Below are positions 1 to 12,972 of a DNA stretch of 64,000 nt, in pieces. Source of the stretch: Hypanus sabinus. Taxonomy: Eukaryota. Position numbers and translations under genes: made by a program. Location: assembly GCF_030144855.1 (NCBI RefSeq), contig NC_082733.1, forward strand, positions 12,462,001 through 12,526,000, read 5' to 3'. Below the pieces are notes generated by a model. The model saw nothing but the letters and a program-made list of their open reading frames with translations, searched no databases and was not told where the DNA came from. Position 1 is the first letter of the stretch, and every line of letters starts with the position of its first letter.

Positions 1-619
1 TGCCAGAAGTAACTTACAGTACCTATTTAACCCAGCCATCACATCTGGGATGTGGAAGGAATCTGGGGCACTCTGCACACCACAAAGGAGGTCAGGATCG
101 AATCCATGTAGTTGGGGCCATGAGACAATGGCAATCCTCATGGGGCCATTGTGTTGTTGGAGGCTCTGGGATTCTTTCCCAGAGTTAACTATTCAATAAT
201 CATCAACCTTCATGATTATTGCAGATAGAATGAGAAAAACAGATGTGATAAAGGGAGAGAGAAACACAGTGGTTGGATGTCCGCATGAAGAATAAATGAC
301 CAGATGGTCTAGATTCTTGCAACATTGTGTATTTCCTTGCAAAGCAGAAAGACACTACAACATCAAAGGTAATCAGAAACAACTGGAGACATACAGCCCA
401 GAAACTGTTGTAACAGTACACTATTAGTGCTAGCAAGTCACCTCAACCTTTCTGACCCAAAATATTAAAAAAGCCCTCAGTAACACTCAGTGCATGTTAA
501 AGAATAACCCAGTAGGATTCATCACAAAATGACTGAGGTTTTTATCTCAAATTTGGTGTTGGCACAACTTTTTTTGTGTGATGATATTTAATTGATTGTA
601 AAAGAACTCTGTGAAATCA

Positions 620-1710
620 TTGAGACTTACAGAACAGAAACAAGTCGTTCAATCCACACTGACCATCAGGTACCCATTTCTGCAAAATCCCTACTTGGTC
701 TCTAAAATTCAATGCCTAGGAATTTCAAGTACTCATCTAGATACTTATTAGTGCCTGCCTCCACTACTCGCTCGGGCTGTGTGTCCCTAAACCCTGTGTG
801 AAAAATTCCTTCTCAGAGCCCCTCCAAATATCTTGCTTCTTACCCCAGCACTGCAGACTTCTCATTTTAGATACTTCTGCAATGGGAAAAAAATTCCTAA
901 TACCTACCCATTATAATTTAGTATACCTCTAACATGTTTATTTAGCTATCTCCAGTGCAAGGAAAGCAGTCCCAGCTTATCCACAGTCTCCTCATAACTG
1001 AAATGCACTAACTCTGACAACATCCTGATGAATCTCCTCTGTACTGTCTGTAGTGCCCTTTCTGTAATGTGGTGACTGGAACTGTGCACAGTACTTTAGT
1101 GGAAGCCAAACCAATGTTCTGTAAACTTCTTGCTCTTACATTCTTTGCTCCATGTTAACCACCTGCGCCTCCACCTTCATGGGTTCTTGGACATGTACGC
1201 TGTGGTTCCTCAGTACTCCATATAACTCTCCCATTCCCTGTTTATGTCCTGTCCTTATTAATCCTCCCAAAGTGCATCACCTCACACTTGTCACAATCAA
1301 TTCCATCTGTCCACCTTAGTTCTAAGCCATCATTTAGCATGAGGTTCTCCTTCTCATTACAAGCCATCCTCAGTTTCTGTCTTTACTAACATCATTAAAT
1401 TAGTTCTGTCTTTAAGTCTTTAAGTTGGAAAATGCTCACAAAACATTATATGAAACATGTAGTTTCATATAACTACACCTCCACAATCCACATTATTGTA
1501 ATGAATGACACCACATAAGATGGATGAGAAAGAGGAAATACTAAATGTGGAGAGTGAGAGAAAGTGGAGGGGGGGACTAGCTCTGTCATTTGTAGGAATG
1601 AACTTGTGTAGGTACGTCAGACCTTTGGATTCAATTTTATTACAGGAGTTAATTTGTATGTAGGGCAGTCCATAACTTGGGTGTTCATAACCCAGGGACA
1701 CTTGTGCCAT
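620..1710 (-). mobile_element. Old CR1 LINE fragment(s)
   Basis: Reverse-strand CR1 hallmarks (catcctgatgaatctcctctg, aactgtgcacagtact, ccaaagtgcatcacctcacactt). Heavily decayed. Confidence 0.6.
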
Positions 1711-2621
1711 TTGAAACTTACTAAGAATACCTCCTATATTTATACCCAGACTTAAACAGTAAAGAGTCCCAGTGGTACACCACTGGCCACAGGTTTACAA
1801 TCACAGAAACAACATTCCATCTATCTATATACTAGCTGAAGAAATTCTCCTGGATGCTCTTTTAAAAAATCCACCCATTCTATGCCTTTCAGTCTCTTAG
1901 TTCTTAGCTTTACCCGTGTGGTCTCATTTGAAAAACCTTATAGGGCATCTTTCCTCACTACTGCCATTGTGGACTCCTTATCAGCACTGCAATGCCAGGG
2001 GTTCTTTTGTATCTTCCCCCTGCTGGGACTAAAGATTCTATATCCTTGAATGTTGAGTTGCCAACTCTTTCAACCATGTCTCAGTAACAGCAGCAGATAA
2101 ATGAATATACAGAAAACAGCAGATTAGAATAACAACAGAAAAGGATACAGATGATAAAAATGATCAATTCAAGAAGGGCCAATATCAACGGAATACATAC
2201 AGATCTGAAGCAATGCAAGCTAAGATGCTGGAACAACTCAGCATCTATGGGCCGAGGCCCTCTGTTTACTCTTTTCCATAGATGCTCCCAGGTCTGCTGC
2301 ACTCCTCCAGCATTTTGTGTGTGTTGCTTTGGATTTCCAGCATCTGCAGACTTTCTTGTGTTTATGAACAAATTTGGCCTGGATAAATTGGAATTGAAAC
2401 TTGGCAGGAAGAACTGCGTTTAAGTTCAAGATGTTTTAGCTGCAGTCTGGGTATGTTTCCAGAGGTGGAAGGGAAAGGAAATAAATTCAAAGGTCTCAGG
2501 ATGACCAAAAAGAGAGTAAAACAGAGAAGGGAAAAAAACAACTATGTGACAATTGAAAATAGGGCTGAGTAAAGAAAGTTCAGAGGGCAAATGATAAATG
2601 ACAGATAAAAAGTGTTCACAA

Positions 2622-3464
2622 TGTTACGAACCCCGTAACTGGGTCACTTACCAGCAAAGATAAAGAGGTCTGTTGAAGTCTGATGGTACTATTTTTAACA
2701 GTATTTATTAGTAAAAATACACAAAAATATTATCAATGCAGACATACAGATAATATATGTCATTAATACTAAATCTAAAAGTGCGGGTATAATAATAATC
2801 AATAAGAAATAGCTCTATCGTTGTCTAGGGGATAATGTATTGTCCAATGGAAATATAAAAGTCACTCAGTTCATTCAGGCTGCAGCCTTTGGTTGGAGTC
2901 AAGAGAGAGATTTTTAGAAACTTGCCAGCTTCTCCTTTTTATGATTTCGATCCTTTGAGAGTTCTGTTGGTGTGGCCGATCACTTGTGGCCTCTCCTTTA
3001 GCTAAGCCATTTTTCCATGGTAAGGCCCCAATCCCAGGCAAAGGGAAAGGACGCATGCGAGCCCCCTCACCAGCTGTCACTATTAAACTCTGTCACGGGA
3101 TTTCTAGCGTTTCTCCTGGTGCATCTAAAGGGGTTATTCCCCAGACCCTTTTTTATCCTTATCCATGGGGTCTCAGATGTCAGTCAGGTTGGGATGATGC
3201 AACCCCTCAACCAGCCCACTCTGGTCGTCCCCTGAGGGGCTTCAATGAATAGTACAGTACTCAATACACAATTCCATCTCCAAGAGACAATAGCCATTAT
3301 CAGGGGTTTTGTTTTCGCTGAGGCCACAAAACATTCCAAAACCTTGTGGATTCTCTCTCATTTCCTGGGTCCCAGACCCGAATTAATAGAGATCTGCGAT
3401 TCTCAAAAAGGAGGGGGCTACTTTGTACCCTTCGGCCCCTCAGAGTTGTGGCACATTCATAACA
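2622..3464 (-). repeat. 3' LTR (843 bp)
   Basis: TGTTA...TAACA termini and adjacent polypurine tract (3465-3476). Bases 2622-2868 recur at 6246-6490 with about 12 differences by eye. Confidence 0.9.
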
Positions 3465-3648
3465 CCCCCTTCCTTCAAAGGTTTTTACCATCGGTAAAAA
3501 TGAATTAAAACAGAGTCTTACAGGATTTCAGAATCTAACCCAATACAAAAGAGTTTTTTTCCACTACAGAGTAATACAGTTATACATTCAATTCAGCATC
3601 TAAACAGTTAACGATTACATTGTCACTTCTTTTAATATCTTAACATCT

Positions 3649-3846
3649 TGATGCACCATCAATAACTCACTCTGAGACGTAAAGGCGAGATATCGGCTTT
3701 TATTGACTGGAAGAAGGAACCAGAGTGACCACCATACTACATCCTGGAGACTGAGAGCAGATCGCCTTTATACAGGGGTCTGTGGGAGGAGCCACAGGAG
3801 CAGTCAGCAGGGGGCGTGTCCAGACAGGCACACGTAGTTCACCACA
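3649..3846 (-). mobile_element. Solo LTR (198 bp) nested in the Gypsy element
   Basis: TG...CA ends, 5-bp TSD CATCT (3644-3648 and 3847-3851), TATAAA then AATAAA on the minus strand. Confidence 0.88.
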
Positions 3847-4417
3847 CATCTTGTACCTTAATAAAGTCTTGTAGCATCAGACTCCAATTTAATAACTACC
3901 TATTTTTATTCCTTTTCTTCAGCAAACAAAAACTAAAGAGTTGTGATCTTAGCTTACGTGTATATTACAAAAGTTCATGCAAATACTAATTTTTATTTTT
4001 ACTTTCAAACTTAACAGTCAATCTTCCATGGGGGTTGTTTTTATCAGTTACATGCTTTGTCGAAATCCCATAAAACCAGATCCTGTTGTTTAAAATGGAT
4101 TCCCGTCAACCCTCGCCCCTTTTCCAGTTAACTCCCACGTGGTTAACTTGTATACCAGTGTGGAATAGGCTTTCGCCTGCTCCTTTCATAGGAGTTATTT
4201 TGTCAACAATGTGGTCCAAACTTAGACCATTTTCCAAATTTCCACACAATTCTTTAATTTTAAGCAAGTTGCTAGTTTTCTCCTCAGGACCCTTCAGGCT
4301 GTTAGTTTTCAGTTTAAACTCTTTGTTCAAACAGCATTTCAAATTCTGCTTTTTCACAGCACTCTCTTGAATAACAATAGTGTGTGGGGCACCTTTACAT
4401 TCCAAATCAACCTGTAA

Positions 4418-5623
4418 TCAATTCGCAGGCACCCTGTTACCAAGCCATTGTCTCTGCGGCCTGGTTGCTGCTTCTGACATCAATCCAGACTTTAAATTTT
4501 CTTCATTCAATTTAGGAACTACACTTTTCCGTTTTCCTTCAATAATAATGTTCACCTTACCACCTTTTATCTCCTCACTAACTCTTAACTCACCTTCAAG
4601 CACAAACAACTGGGAATTCTCACTTCCCACTATTACCAAGGTTAACCCTTTTTTCACTGAACCAAGTCTATTTGACCCACAAGGACTGCATTCCTTTTCA
4701 ACTGAATCAAATACCTCAGACTTTTTCTGAGCTCCATTACTAGGTTCAGTACCACATGCATCCACATCTTGAACACATTCAAACGGGACATTTGCCTCTT
4801 CCAGGTTTTCAATACCTGTACCCTTTTCAAATTCTAAATTCCCCTGATCCTCCCAGCTACTCTCTGGGCAACTCCCTTCCGGAGTAACCTCAACCCCGCG
4901 GGCTGAAACAAACTCATCTGCCAACCCAGCAGTCTTCTTCAAGGTAATGGCATCCTTTTCATCTAGGACTGCCCTCATTTCATTATCGGGAACACCTTTA
5001 GAATCTTCAACTTCTTCAAACAGTTCTGCCAAACTAGAAAGATCATCCATGTCCAACTCTGGACCTTTTAACAGCTCTATCTGTTTCTCATCTTTACTTC
5101 GTGCCTCTATAAATTTCCTCCTGGCTAAGGGCAGGTCTACCTCCTCTCCCTTACTCTCTTTCACTTTCCTATTCTCCGTTTTACCACCCTCTAAACCCTC
5201 TTGGTACAGGGTCGGTAAAAACGTCTCGGCCAAATCGATACTGGCCGGATTTAAACTGGTCTCGTTCTCAGCTGCCTTTCTCGACATGCTGCGAATGGTC
5301 ACACATGCGGGATAGATGAAGTCCAGGGGCGGGACCTCAACACTCACAGGCTGGCTCGTCAGCTTCATTGCTGACCAAACCTTACCACCGGCTAAATCGT
5401 TACCAAGAAGGATGTCCACGTCAGTTCTCGGGAATTCTGATCGCACCCCTATTTCAACTGGTCCAGATACCAGCTCACAATTTATAATGATCCTATGTAA
5501 GGGCACCGCTTCTGTCCCTTTTCCTATTCCTCTCAAAGCTACCTCTCTAGTCTTGCGACCAAAATCCAGTACCTTACTGCTAATCAATGACAGCTCAGCT
5601 CCCGTGTCTCTCCAGATCCGCAC
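4418..5623 (-). pseudogene. Retrotransposon aspartic protease plus acidic extension (401 aa open frame)
   Basis: DTGA catalytic motif, VPLH..., ILLGNDL flap motif, then PACVT.RSMS typical of fish Gypsy pol. It is frameshifted from the upstream gag. Confidence 0.8.
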
Positions 5624-6221
5624 TGGAACTGGTGTGTGTGTCTCTCTCTCACAGACACGGTTCCTTCTGAAATATATTTCTCAGACCCTTCTCGTACTCT
5701 GTCTACCTTGGGCTCTCTCGTCGATTTACTGATCACCACAGCACATCCTATAGGGACTGCTGCTTTCCTTTTTCCTGTCTCCTTCCTCGGAGCAAGGCAA
5801 TTGGATGCAATATGACCCACCTTTCCTTCTCCCTTTCAGCTCTTTCTTTTTCTTTTCAGCTGCTTCCAGCTGCTTTAATTTAATTTCATGTTCCAACCTT
5901 AATTTCTCCAACTCTAACTAAGCCATCCCACTGGCTGTTGCCTTTTCAGGGATATTTTCCAATACCTCAGCAGAAAACACATTCTTCACAATATAATACT
6001 GAGTTACGGCCCTCCGCACCTCCCGCTTTTTCATTGACTACCTCACCTCTGCGAGGTTTAGTCCTTTCACAATATTTATCAAGGCCGCCTCTAGCGCCTC
6101 CAGAGTCGGGTTTTCTATAAATTCGTCCACATCCATCTTTGCTGGTTTCCCGTCTGGCTACCCGCGCAACCAGACCCAAGTTTGGACTTACAAGCCCGAT
6201 TCACTGGCCCAATTTGGTGTC

Positions 6222-6242
6222 AAATCTCGAGACGAGGCCCCA
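6222..6242 (-). other. Primer binding site (tRNA-Pro-like)
   Basis: Minus strand reads TGGGGCCTCGTCTCGAGATTTG just inside the LTR, close to the tRNA-Pro PBS TGGGGGCTCGTCCGGGATTTG. Confidence 0.75.
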
Positions 6243-6245
6243 AGT

Positions 6246-6490
6246 TGTTACAAACCCCGAACTGGGTCACTTACCAGCAAAGATAGAGAGGTCCGTTGAA
6301 GTCTGATGGTACTATTTTTAACAGTATTTATTAGTAAAAATACACAAAAATAATATCAATGCAAACATACAGATAATATATGTCATCAATACTAAATCTA
6401 AAAGTGCAGGTATAATAATAATCAATAAGAAATAGCTCTATCATTGTCTGGGGATAATGTATTGTCTGATGGAAATATAAAAGTCACTCA
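6246..6490 (-). repeat. Truncated 5' LTR
   Basis: Direct repeat of 2622-2868; similarity stops abruptly after gtcactca at 6490. Confidence 0.9.
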
Positions 6491-6944
6491 TGATTTATCC
6501 ACTTTAATTTTAGCTAGCCATTCTAATGCCTTCTCTTTGTCATTAAGTCACCCATCCAGAATTTCAACCATACCTTCCTCTGCTGAGATTTCATTACCTT
6601 CTTCAAAAATGAGAAGAACCTATTTAGTGTTGCCCAGGGACTGGAAATGTTGTAGATGTTCAAAAACGGATAAACATATTAAATATAGAATTGTGCACTT
6701 AGCTTCATATGGGTGAAAGTTCAAGAGACAGTAATCAGGGAGGACCTTGTTATTAACAAATTATGTCTAATGTGTCTAACAATCCTCTAATGAAGTAACA
6801 GGGAAAGCTGATGATGCAATTGCAATATATAGACTTACAAAAGTATTCGGCAAGTCACCACATAACGGACTTGTCATCAAAGTGGAATAAAAGTTATTGT
6901 AGCAGCATGGACAGAAGTTTAACAAAACAACAGAGAATACAACA

Positions 6945-7289
6945 ACATTGAAGAGCCTCTGAAGTGAGTGAACACTTGTGAGGTAGAAGGACCCGATGGA
7001 ATACCTGGTAAGGCTCTGGAAACCTGTGCCAGCCAACTGGCTGGAATATCCAAGGACATTTTCAACCTCTCACTGCTATGGCTGGAAGTTCCCATTAGCT
7101 TCTTAGGCCAGTGCCTAAGAAGAATAATGTGAGCTGCCTTAATGACTATCGCCCGGTAACGTTCACGTCTACAGTGATGAAATGCTTTCGGAGGTTGGTC
7201 ATGACTTGACTGAACTCCTGCCTCAGCAAGGACCTGGACCCATTGCAATTTGCCTATCACCACAATTGGTCAATGGCAGATGCAATCTC
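6945..7289 (+). mobile_element. Rex1/Babar-type LINE, 5' part (split by the L1)
   Basis: Decayed [39 protein letters not shown]. The frame resumes directly after the L1. Confidence 0.85.
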
Positions 7290-10200
7290 TTTTTTCTTTC
7301 TTTTTTTTTCAATCTTTTTATTAAGTTTCATATATATATAAAGAAAAACATAACATAATAATGAATAGGTTATGAATACAATAGACTTGAAATTACATTT
7401 ATAATAAGATAATAATATCTTATTAAAACATCAACAGAAAAAAGTACATTAATCAATCAAGTCTGTATAACTACATATGAAAAAAACCCAAAAATAATCG
7501 TCAAAAAAGAAAAAAGAATTAAAAATAAGTAAAAGGAAATGTATATTGATAAAAAAAAGCACTAAACTAAACTAACATGGGCAATAGTAACAGTTTATAA
7601 GTATGTGATAGTGTCAAGAAAAACTCTGGAACTCCATACCTGAACAAGAATAAGCAGAAAGAAGGTCTGGAAAAGGTCAGATTAATTCATATGAAAATGT
7701 CGAATAAACGGTCCCCAAGTTTCTTCAAATTTGACTGATGAGTCAAAAATAGTGCTTCTGATTTTTTCTAAACTTAGATAAGAAATAGTTTGAAAAAGCC
7801 ACTGAGTCGTGGTAGGAGGACTTACTTCTTTCCAGTTTTGTAATATAGACCTTCTGGCCATTAATGTTACAAAAGCAATCATTCGTCTGATTGAAGGGGA
7901 AAACTGAATACCATCCTCATTTGGTATACCAAAAATTGCAGTAATGAAATGAGGTTGTAAATCGATATTCCAAATAGAAGAAATGGTAACAAATATATCC
8001 TTCCAATAGTTATGTAAAGTGGGACATGACCAAAACATGTGGGTCAATGAAGCCACTTCTAGATGACACCTGTCACATTGAGGGTTAATATAAGAGTAAA
8101 ATCGAGCAAGCTTATCTTTAGACATATAAGCTCTATGTACAATTTTAAATTGTATTAAAGCATGTTTAGCACATATAGAAGAGGAATTAACCATTTGTAA
8201 AATTTTTTCCCATTTATCAGTTGAAATATTATATCGAAGTTCTTTTTCCCATTCTTGTTTAATTCTATCTGATATTTCTGGTTGTATCTTCATAATCATA
8301 TTATAAATAAAAGCTACTAATCCCTTCTGACAAGGGTTTAAGGTAAAAATCAAATCTGAGAAATCCACTGAAGTTGAATTGGGAAAAGATGGTAGAACTT
8401 TATGTAAGAAATTTCTGATTTGTAGATATCTGAAAAAATTAGATTTAGGTAATTTAAATTTGTTGGAAAGTTGGTCAAAGGACATCAAAGTATCTTCAAA
8501 AAAAAAGATCACGAAAACATTTTATACCTTTCCTTTTCCATATGCTAAAAGCTTGATCTGTCCAGGAAGGTTTGAAAAAAAAATTAAGTAAGATAGGGCT
8601 ATCAAGAACAAAGTTTTTCAGAGTAAAAAACTTACGAAATTGAAACCAAATTCGTAATGTATGTTTGATAACAGGATTAGATATCTGTTTATTGAATTTA
8701 ACTAAATCAGCAGGAAGAAAAGAACCAAGAACAGAGAATAGAGAATATCCCTTTACCTCGTTACATTCCAAATTTACCCACTGCGGGCGCAGTGGCGAAT
8801 CCAAATCTAATTTCCAATACATTAAGTTACGAATATTATTTGCCCAATAATAAAATCTAAAATTAGGTAAAGCTAAACCACCATCTTTTTTAGATTTTTG
8901 TAATTGTTTTTTACTTAACCTGGGGTTTTTATTTTGCCACACAAATGAGGAAATTTTTGAATCAATGTTGTCGAAAAAAGATTTGGGAATAAAAATTGGT
9001 AAGGCTTGAAATAAGTATAAGAATTTCGGTAAAATCATCATTTTAATAGCATTAATCTGACCAATTAATGATAAGAATAAGGGAGACCATCTTGTAGTAA
9101 GTTGTTGAATTTGATGAAGCATAGGTAAAAAATTCAGTCTAAATAAATCTTTATATTTCTTGGTAATTTTTATACCTAAATAGGTAAAGTTATCAGTAAC
9201 AACTTTAAATGGTATCCTGTCATTCAATAAAGTTTGTGCGTTTAAGGGAAATAATTCACTCTTATCCAAGTTTAGTTTATAACCAGAAAAGCTACCAAAT
9301 TGAGCCAACAAGAATAAAATAGCGGGAATAGACCTGTCAGGATCAGAAATATATAACAGCAAGTCATCAGCATAAAGTGATAATTTGTATAACTTCTCAT
9401 TACGGGTAATACCAAAAATATTAGGAGATTCACGAATAGCAATGGCTAAAGGTTCTAATGCGATATTAAATAATAAAGGACTTAAGGGACAACCTTGTCT
9501 CGTACCACGAGATAATTGAAAAAAAGAGGATCTATAATTATTTGTAAGAACAGAAGCAACAGGTTTATAATATATTAATTTAATCCATGATATGAAGTTG
9601 GGACTAAAATTAAAATTTCTCAATGTATTAAATAAGTATGTCCATTCAACTCTATCAAAAGCTTTTTCAGCATCTAATGAGATAACACATTCTGGGATTG
9701 TGGGTGATGAAGTATAAATTATATTAATCAATTTTCTAACATTAAAAAAGGAATACCGATTCCTAATAAAACCAGTTTGATCTACTGAAATAATCTGTGA
9801 TAGTACCTTTTCTAATCTAATGGCTAAAATTTTTGTAAGAATCTTAGAATCTACATTTAATAATGATATAGGGCGATAAGATGCACATAAAGTAGGATCT
9901 TTATCTTTTTTAAGAATTAGAGAGATAGTAGCTTCATAAAAAGATTGAGGTAATCTCTTCTTAGCAAACGCATCATTAAAGATTTCACATAACCAAGGGG
10001 AAAGCAAAGAAGAAAAAGTTTTAAAAAATTCTTGATGAGATAGCCTCTCCTATTTCAGCCATAGAGATAGGAGCATCTAACAAGCTACGATCTTCATCTA
10101 TCAGTTTAGGAATATTCAAATTGTTAAAAAAAATTATCCATCATGGACAGGTCACCATCAAATTCTGATTGATATAAAGATTTATAAAAATCTTGAAAAG

Positions 10201-11674
10201 TATTATTGATTTCTTTATGATCAGTAGTTAAATTACCGTCTTGTTTATGAATTTTAATAATTTATCGCCTAGTCGAAATAGCTTTTAATTGATTAGCTAA
10301 CAGTTTACCAGTTCGATCACTATGAATGTAGAATTGAGCCCTGATCCTAATTAATTGATTTTCAATTGAAGAAGATAACAGTAAACTATGTTCCATTTGA
10401 AGCTCAACTCTCTTCTTATAAAGTTCTTTGTTAGGAGTCACGGAATAAATCTTATCAATTTCCTTAATTTTATCCACTAATAAAGCAATATCTAAATATC
10501 TTTGTTTTCTTTTACCAACAGAATATGAGATAATTTGTCCACGGATAAAAGCCTTAAAAGAATCCCAAAGTATTCCTCTGTCGATTTCTTCAGTATAGTT
10601 TGTTGAGAAAAACAAGTCAATTTGCTGTTTTATGTAGGTGATAAATTCTGGGTCTTGAAGCAAAGTAGCGTTAAGTCTCCAAGATCTAATATTATTGGAA
10701 AAGTCCGAAGTCTTAATAAATAACTTCAAAGGTGCATGATCTGAAATAGTAATAGAATCATATTTACAATCAATAACATCCGTTAATAACCGATGATCAA
10801 TAAGAAAATAGTCAATTCTAGAATAGCTATGATACACATGTGAAAAAAATGAAAATTCTTTATCTTTAGGGTTCAAAAACCGCCATATTTCAGTGATTCC
10901 TGAATCAACCATAAAAGAATTAATAAGTAAGGCTGATCTATTTGGAAGAGTACGGATAGGTTTAGATCTATCCATCGAAGGATTCAAACAACAATTAAAA
11001 TCTCCACCCATTATCAACATATATTCATTTAGATTAGGAAGGGAAGTAAATAAACGTTTAAAAAATTCAGGGCAGTCAAAGTTTGGAGCATAAATATTAA
11101 CTAGAACCACTTTTTGACTAAAAAGTGAACCAGTTATCAACAAAAATCTGCCCTGTGGATCAGAAATAATTTCTTGATGTGTAAACGAAATTGAGGGGTC
11201 TATAAAAATAGACACACCCCTAATTTTGGCGGTACAGTTCGAGTGAAATTGTTGACCCTTCCAGAACCTAAAAAAACGCTGATTATCCTCCCTCCTAATA
11301 TGGGTCTCCTGTGCAAAAATAATATTAGCATTCAATCTATGGAATACTTTAAATATTTTTTTACGTTTAATCGGATGATTTAAACCATTAGTATTCCAAG
11401 AAATAAAGTTAATAGATTTATCCATCATGCCAATATTTGTTGTGTATATCATAAAAGGTTACAAAGACACATAACCCATAATTCAGGAAGAAGGAAAATT
11501 GATTCAGGAGCAACCGGAGAACATGACACCTCAACAATATTAATAATTTAAAGTCGGCCCATAAACTAAAAGCAAAAAAATAAAAATCAAAAGCGTGAAA
11601 AAAGATCCCTCCCCCCTCCCCCCACCCTTTGAAAGAAAGCCAAGCGGCAGGCGCATAATCTAATACTAACATTG
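7290..11674 (-). mobile_element. L1-clade LINE, 5'-truncated (no ORF1)
   Basis: Poly(A) tail (poly-T at 7290-7309) with AATAAA, 12-bp TSD AGATGCAATCTC (7278-7289 and 11675-11686), full-length but broken ORF2. Confidence 0.95.
7682..11428 (-). pseudogene. L1 ORF2 (APE endonuclease - RT - C-terminal CCHC), disrupted
   Basis: SWNTNGL, QETH, GGDFN, SRIDYF and SDH (APE); GTRQGCPLSPLLF and YADD (RT); CDRC..H...C. Broken by a stop at 10262, a small deletion near 10030 and frameshifts at poly-A runs. Confidence 0.95.
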
Positions 11675-12908
11675 AGATGCAATCTCAATGGCTCTCCACA
11701 CGGTTTTAGATCACCCAGACAACACAAACACCTATGTCAGGATGCTGTTCATCAACTATAGTTAAGCATTTAATACCATCATTCCCACAATCCTGATTGA
11801 GAAGTTGCAGAACCTGGGCCTCTGTACTTTCCTCTGCAATTGGATCCTCTACTTCCCAACCGGAAGAGCACAATCTGTGCAGATTGGTGATAACATCTCC
11901 TCCTTGATGATGATCAACGCTGGTGCACTTCAGGGGTGTGTGCTTAGCCCACTGCTCTACTCTCTATATACCCATGACTGTGTGGCTAGGCATAGCTCAA
12001 ATACCATCTATAAATTTGCTGACAATACAACCATTGTTGGTAGAAAATCAGGTGGTGATGTGACAGATTACAGGAGTAAGATATGCCCACTAGTGGAGTG
12101 GTGCCACAGCAACAACCTGGCATTCAACGTCAGTAAGACGAAAGAGCTAATTGTGGACTTCAGGAAGGATAAAATGAAGGAACACACACCAATCCTCATA
12201 GAAGGATCAGAAGTGGAGAGAGTGAGCAGCTTCAAGTTCCTGGGTGTCAAGGTCTCTGAGGATCTAACCTGGTCCCAACATATCTATGCAGTTATAAAGA
12301 AAGTAAGACAGCAGCTATACTTTACTAGGAGTTTGAAAAGGTTTGGTATGTCAACAGATACACTCAAAAACTTCTATTGATGTACCGTGGAGAGCATTCT
12401 GACAGGCTGCATCACTGTTTGGTATGGGGGGTGGGGGGCTACTGCTCAGGTCTGAAAGAAGCTTCAGAGGGTTGTAAATCTAGTCAGCTCCATCCTGGGT
12501 ACTAGCCTACAAAGTACTCAGGACATCTTCAAGGAGCAGTGTCTCAGAAAGGCAGCATCCATTATTAAGGACCTCCAGCACCTAGGACATGCCCTTTTCT
12601 ACTGTTACTATCAGGTAGGAGGTACAGAAGCCTGAAGGCACACACTCAGTGATTCAGGAACAGCTTCTTCCCCTCTGCCATCCAATTCCTAAATGGATAT
12701 TGAACCCTTGGACACTACCTCACACTTTTTTAAATATATATTATTTCTGTTGTTTTGCATGATATTTAATCTAATCTACATATATACTGTATAAAGTATA
12801 CTGAATAAGATTTACTTATTTTTTTACTATATTATGTATTGCATTGAACTGCTGCTAAGTTAACAAATTTCATGTCAGATGCCGGTGATAATAAACCTGA
12901 TTCTGATT
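11675..12908 (+). mobile_element. Rex1/Babar-type LINE, 3' part
   Basis: [30 protein letters not shown], decayed SGRRYRSL C-terminus, and the aataaacctgattctgatt tail. Confidence 0.9.
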
Positions 12909-12972
12909 AAGTTTGCTTCTCATACAGTAATAAAGTGTACAATGGTAATCTTTATTTAATATATTATTAATA

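Larger units (their letters stand above)
2622..6490 (-). mobile_element. Non-autonomous Ty3/Gypsy (Gmr1-like) LTR retrotransposon, internally deleted, 5' LTR truncated
   Basis: On the minus strand: partial 5' LTR 6490-6246, tRNA-Pro-like PBS, decayed gag from ATG 6136 (MDVDEFIENPTLEALE..), CCHC remnant GHIASNC, protease RDTGA...LLGNDLAGGKV, RNase H vestige, PPT GAAGGAAGGGGG, and full 3' LTR 3464-2622. Confidence 0.9.

Noticed and set aside
225-368. Exon-like + strand segment (gcag|...AAG|gtaatc)
   Set aside because: Stops in all three frames from the acceptor and no recognisable product; the splice-like ends alone are insufficient.
6222-6242. tRNA-Pro similarity
   Set aside because: Only the ~20-nt PBS complementary to the tRNA 3' end; not a tRNA gene.
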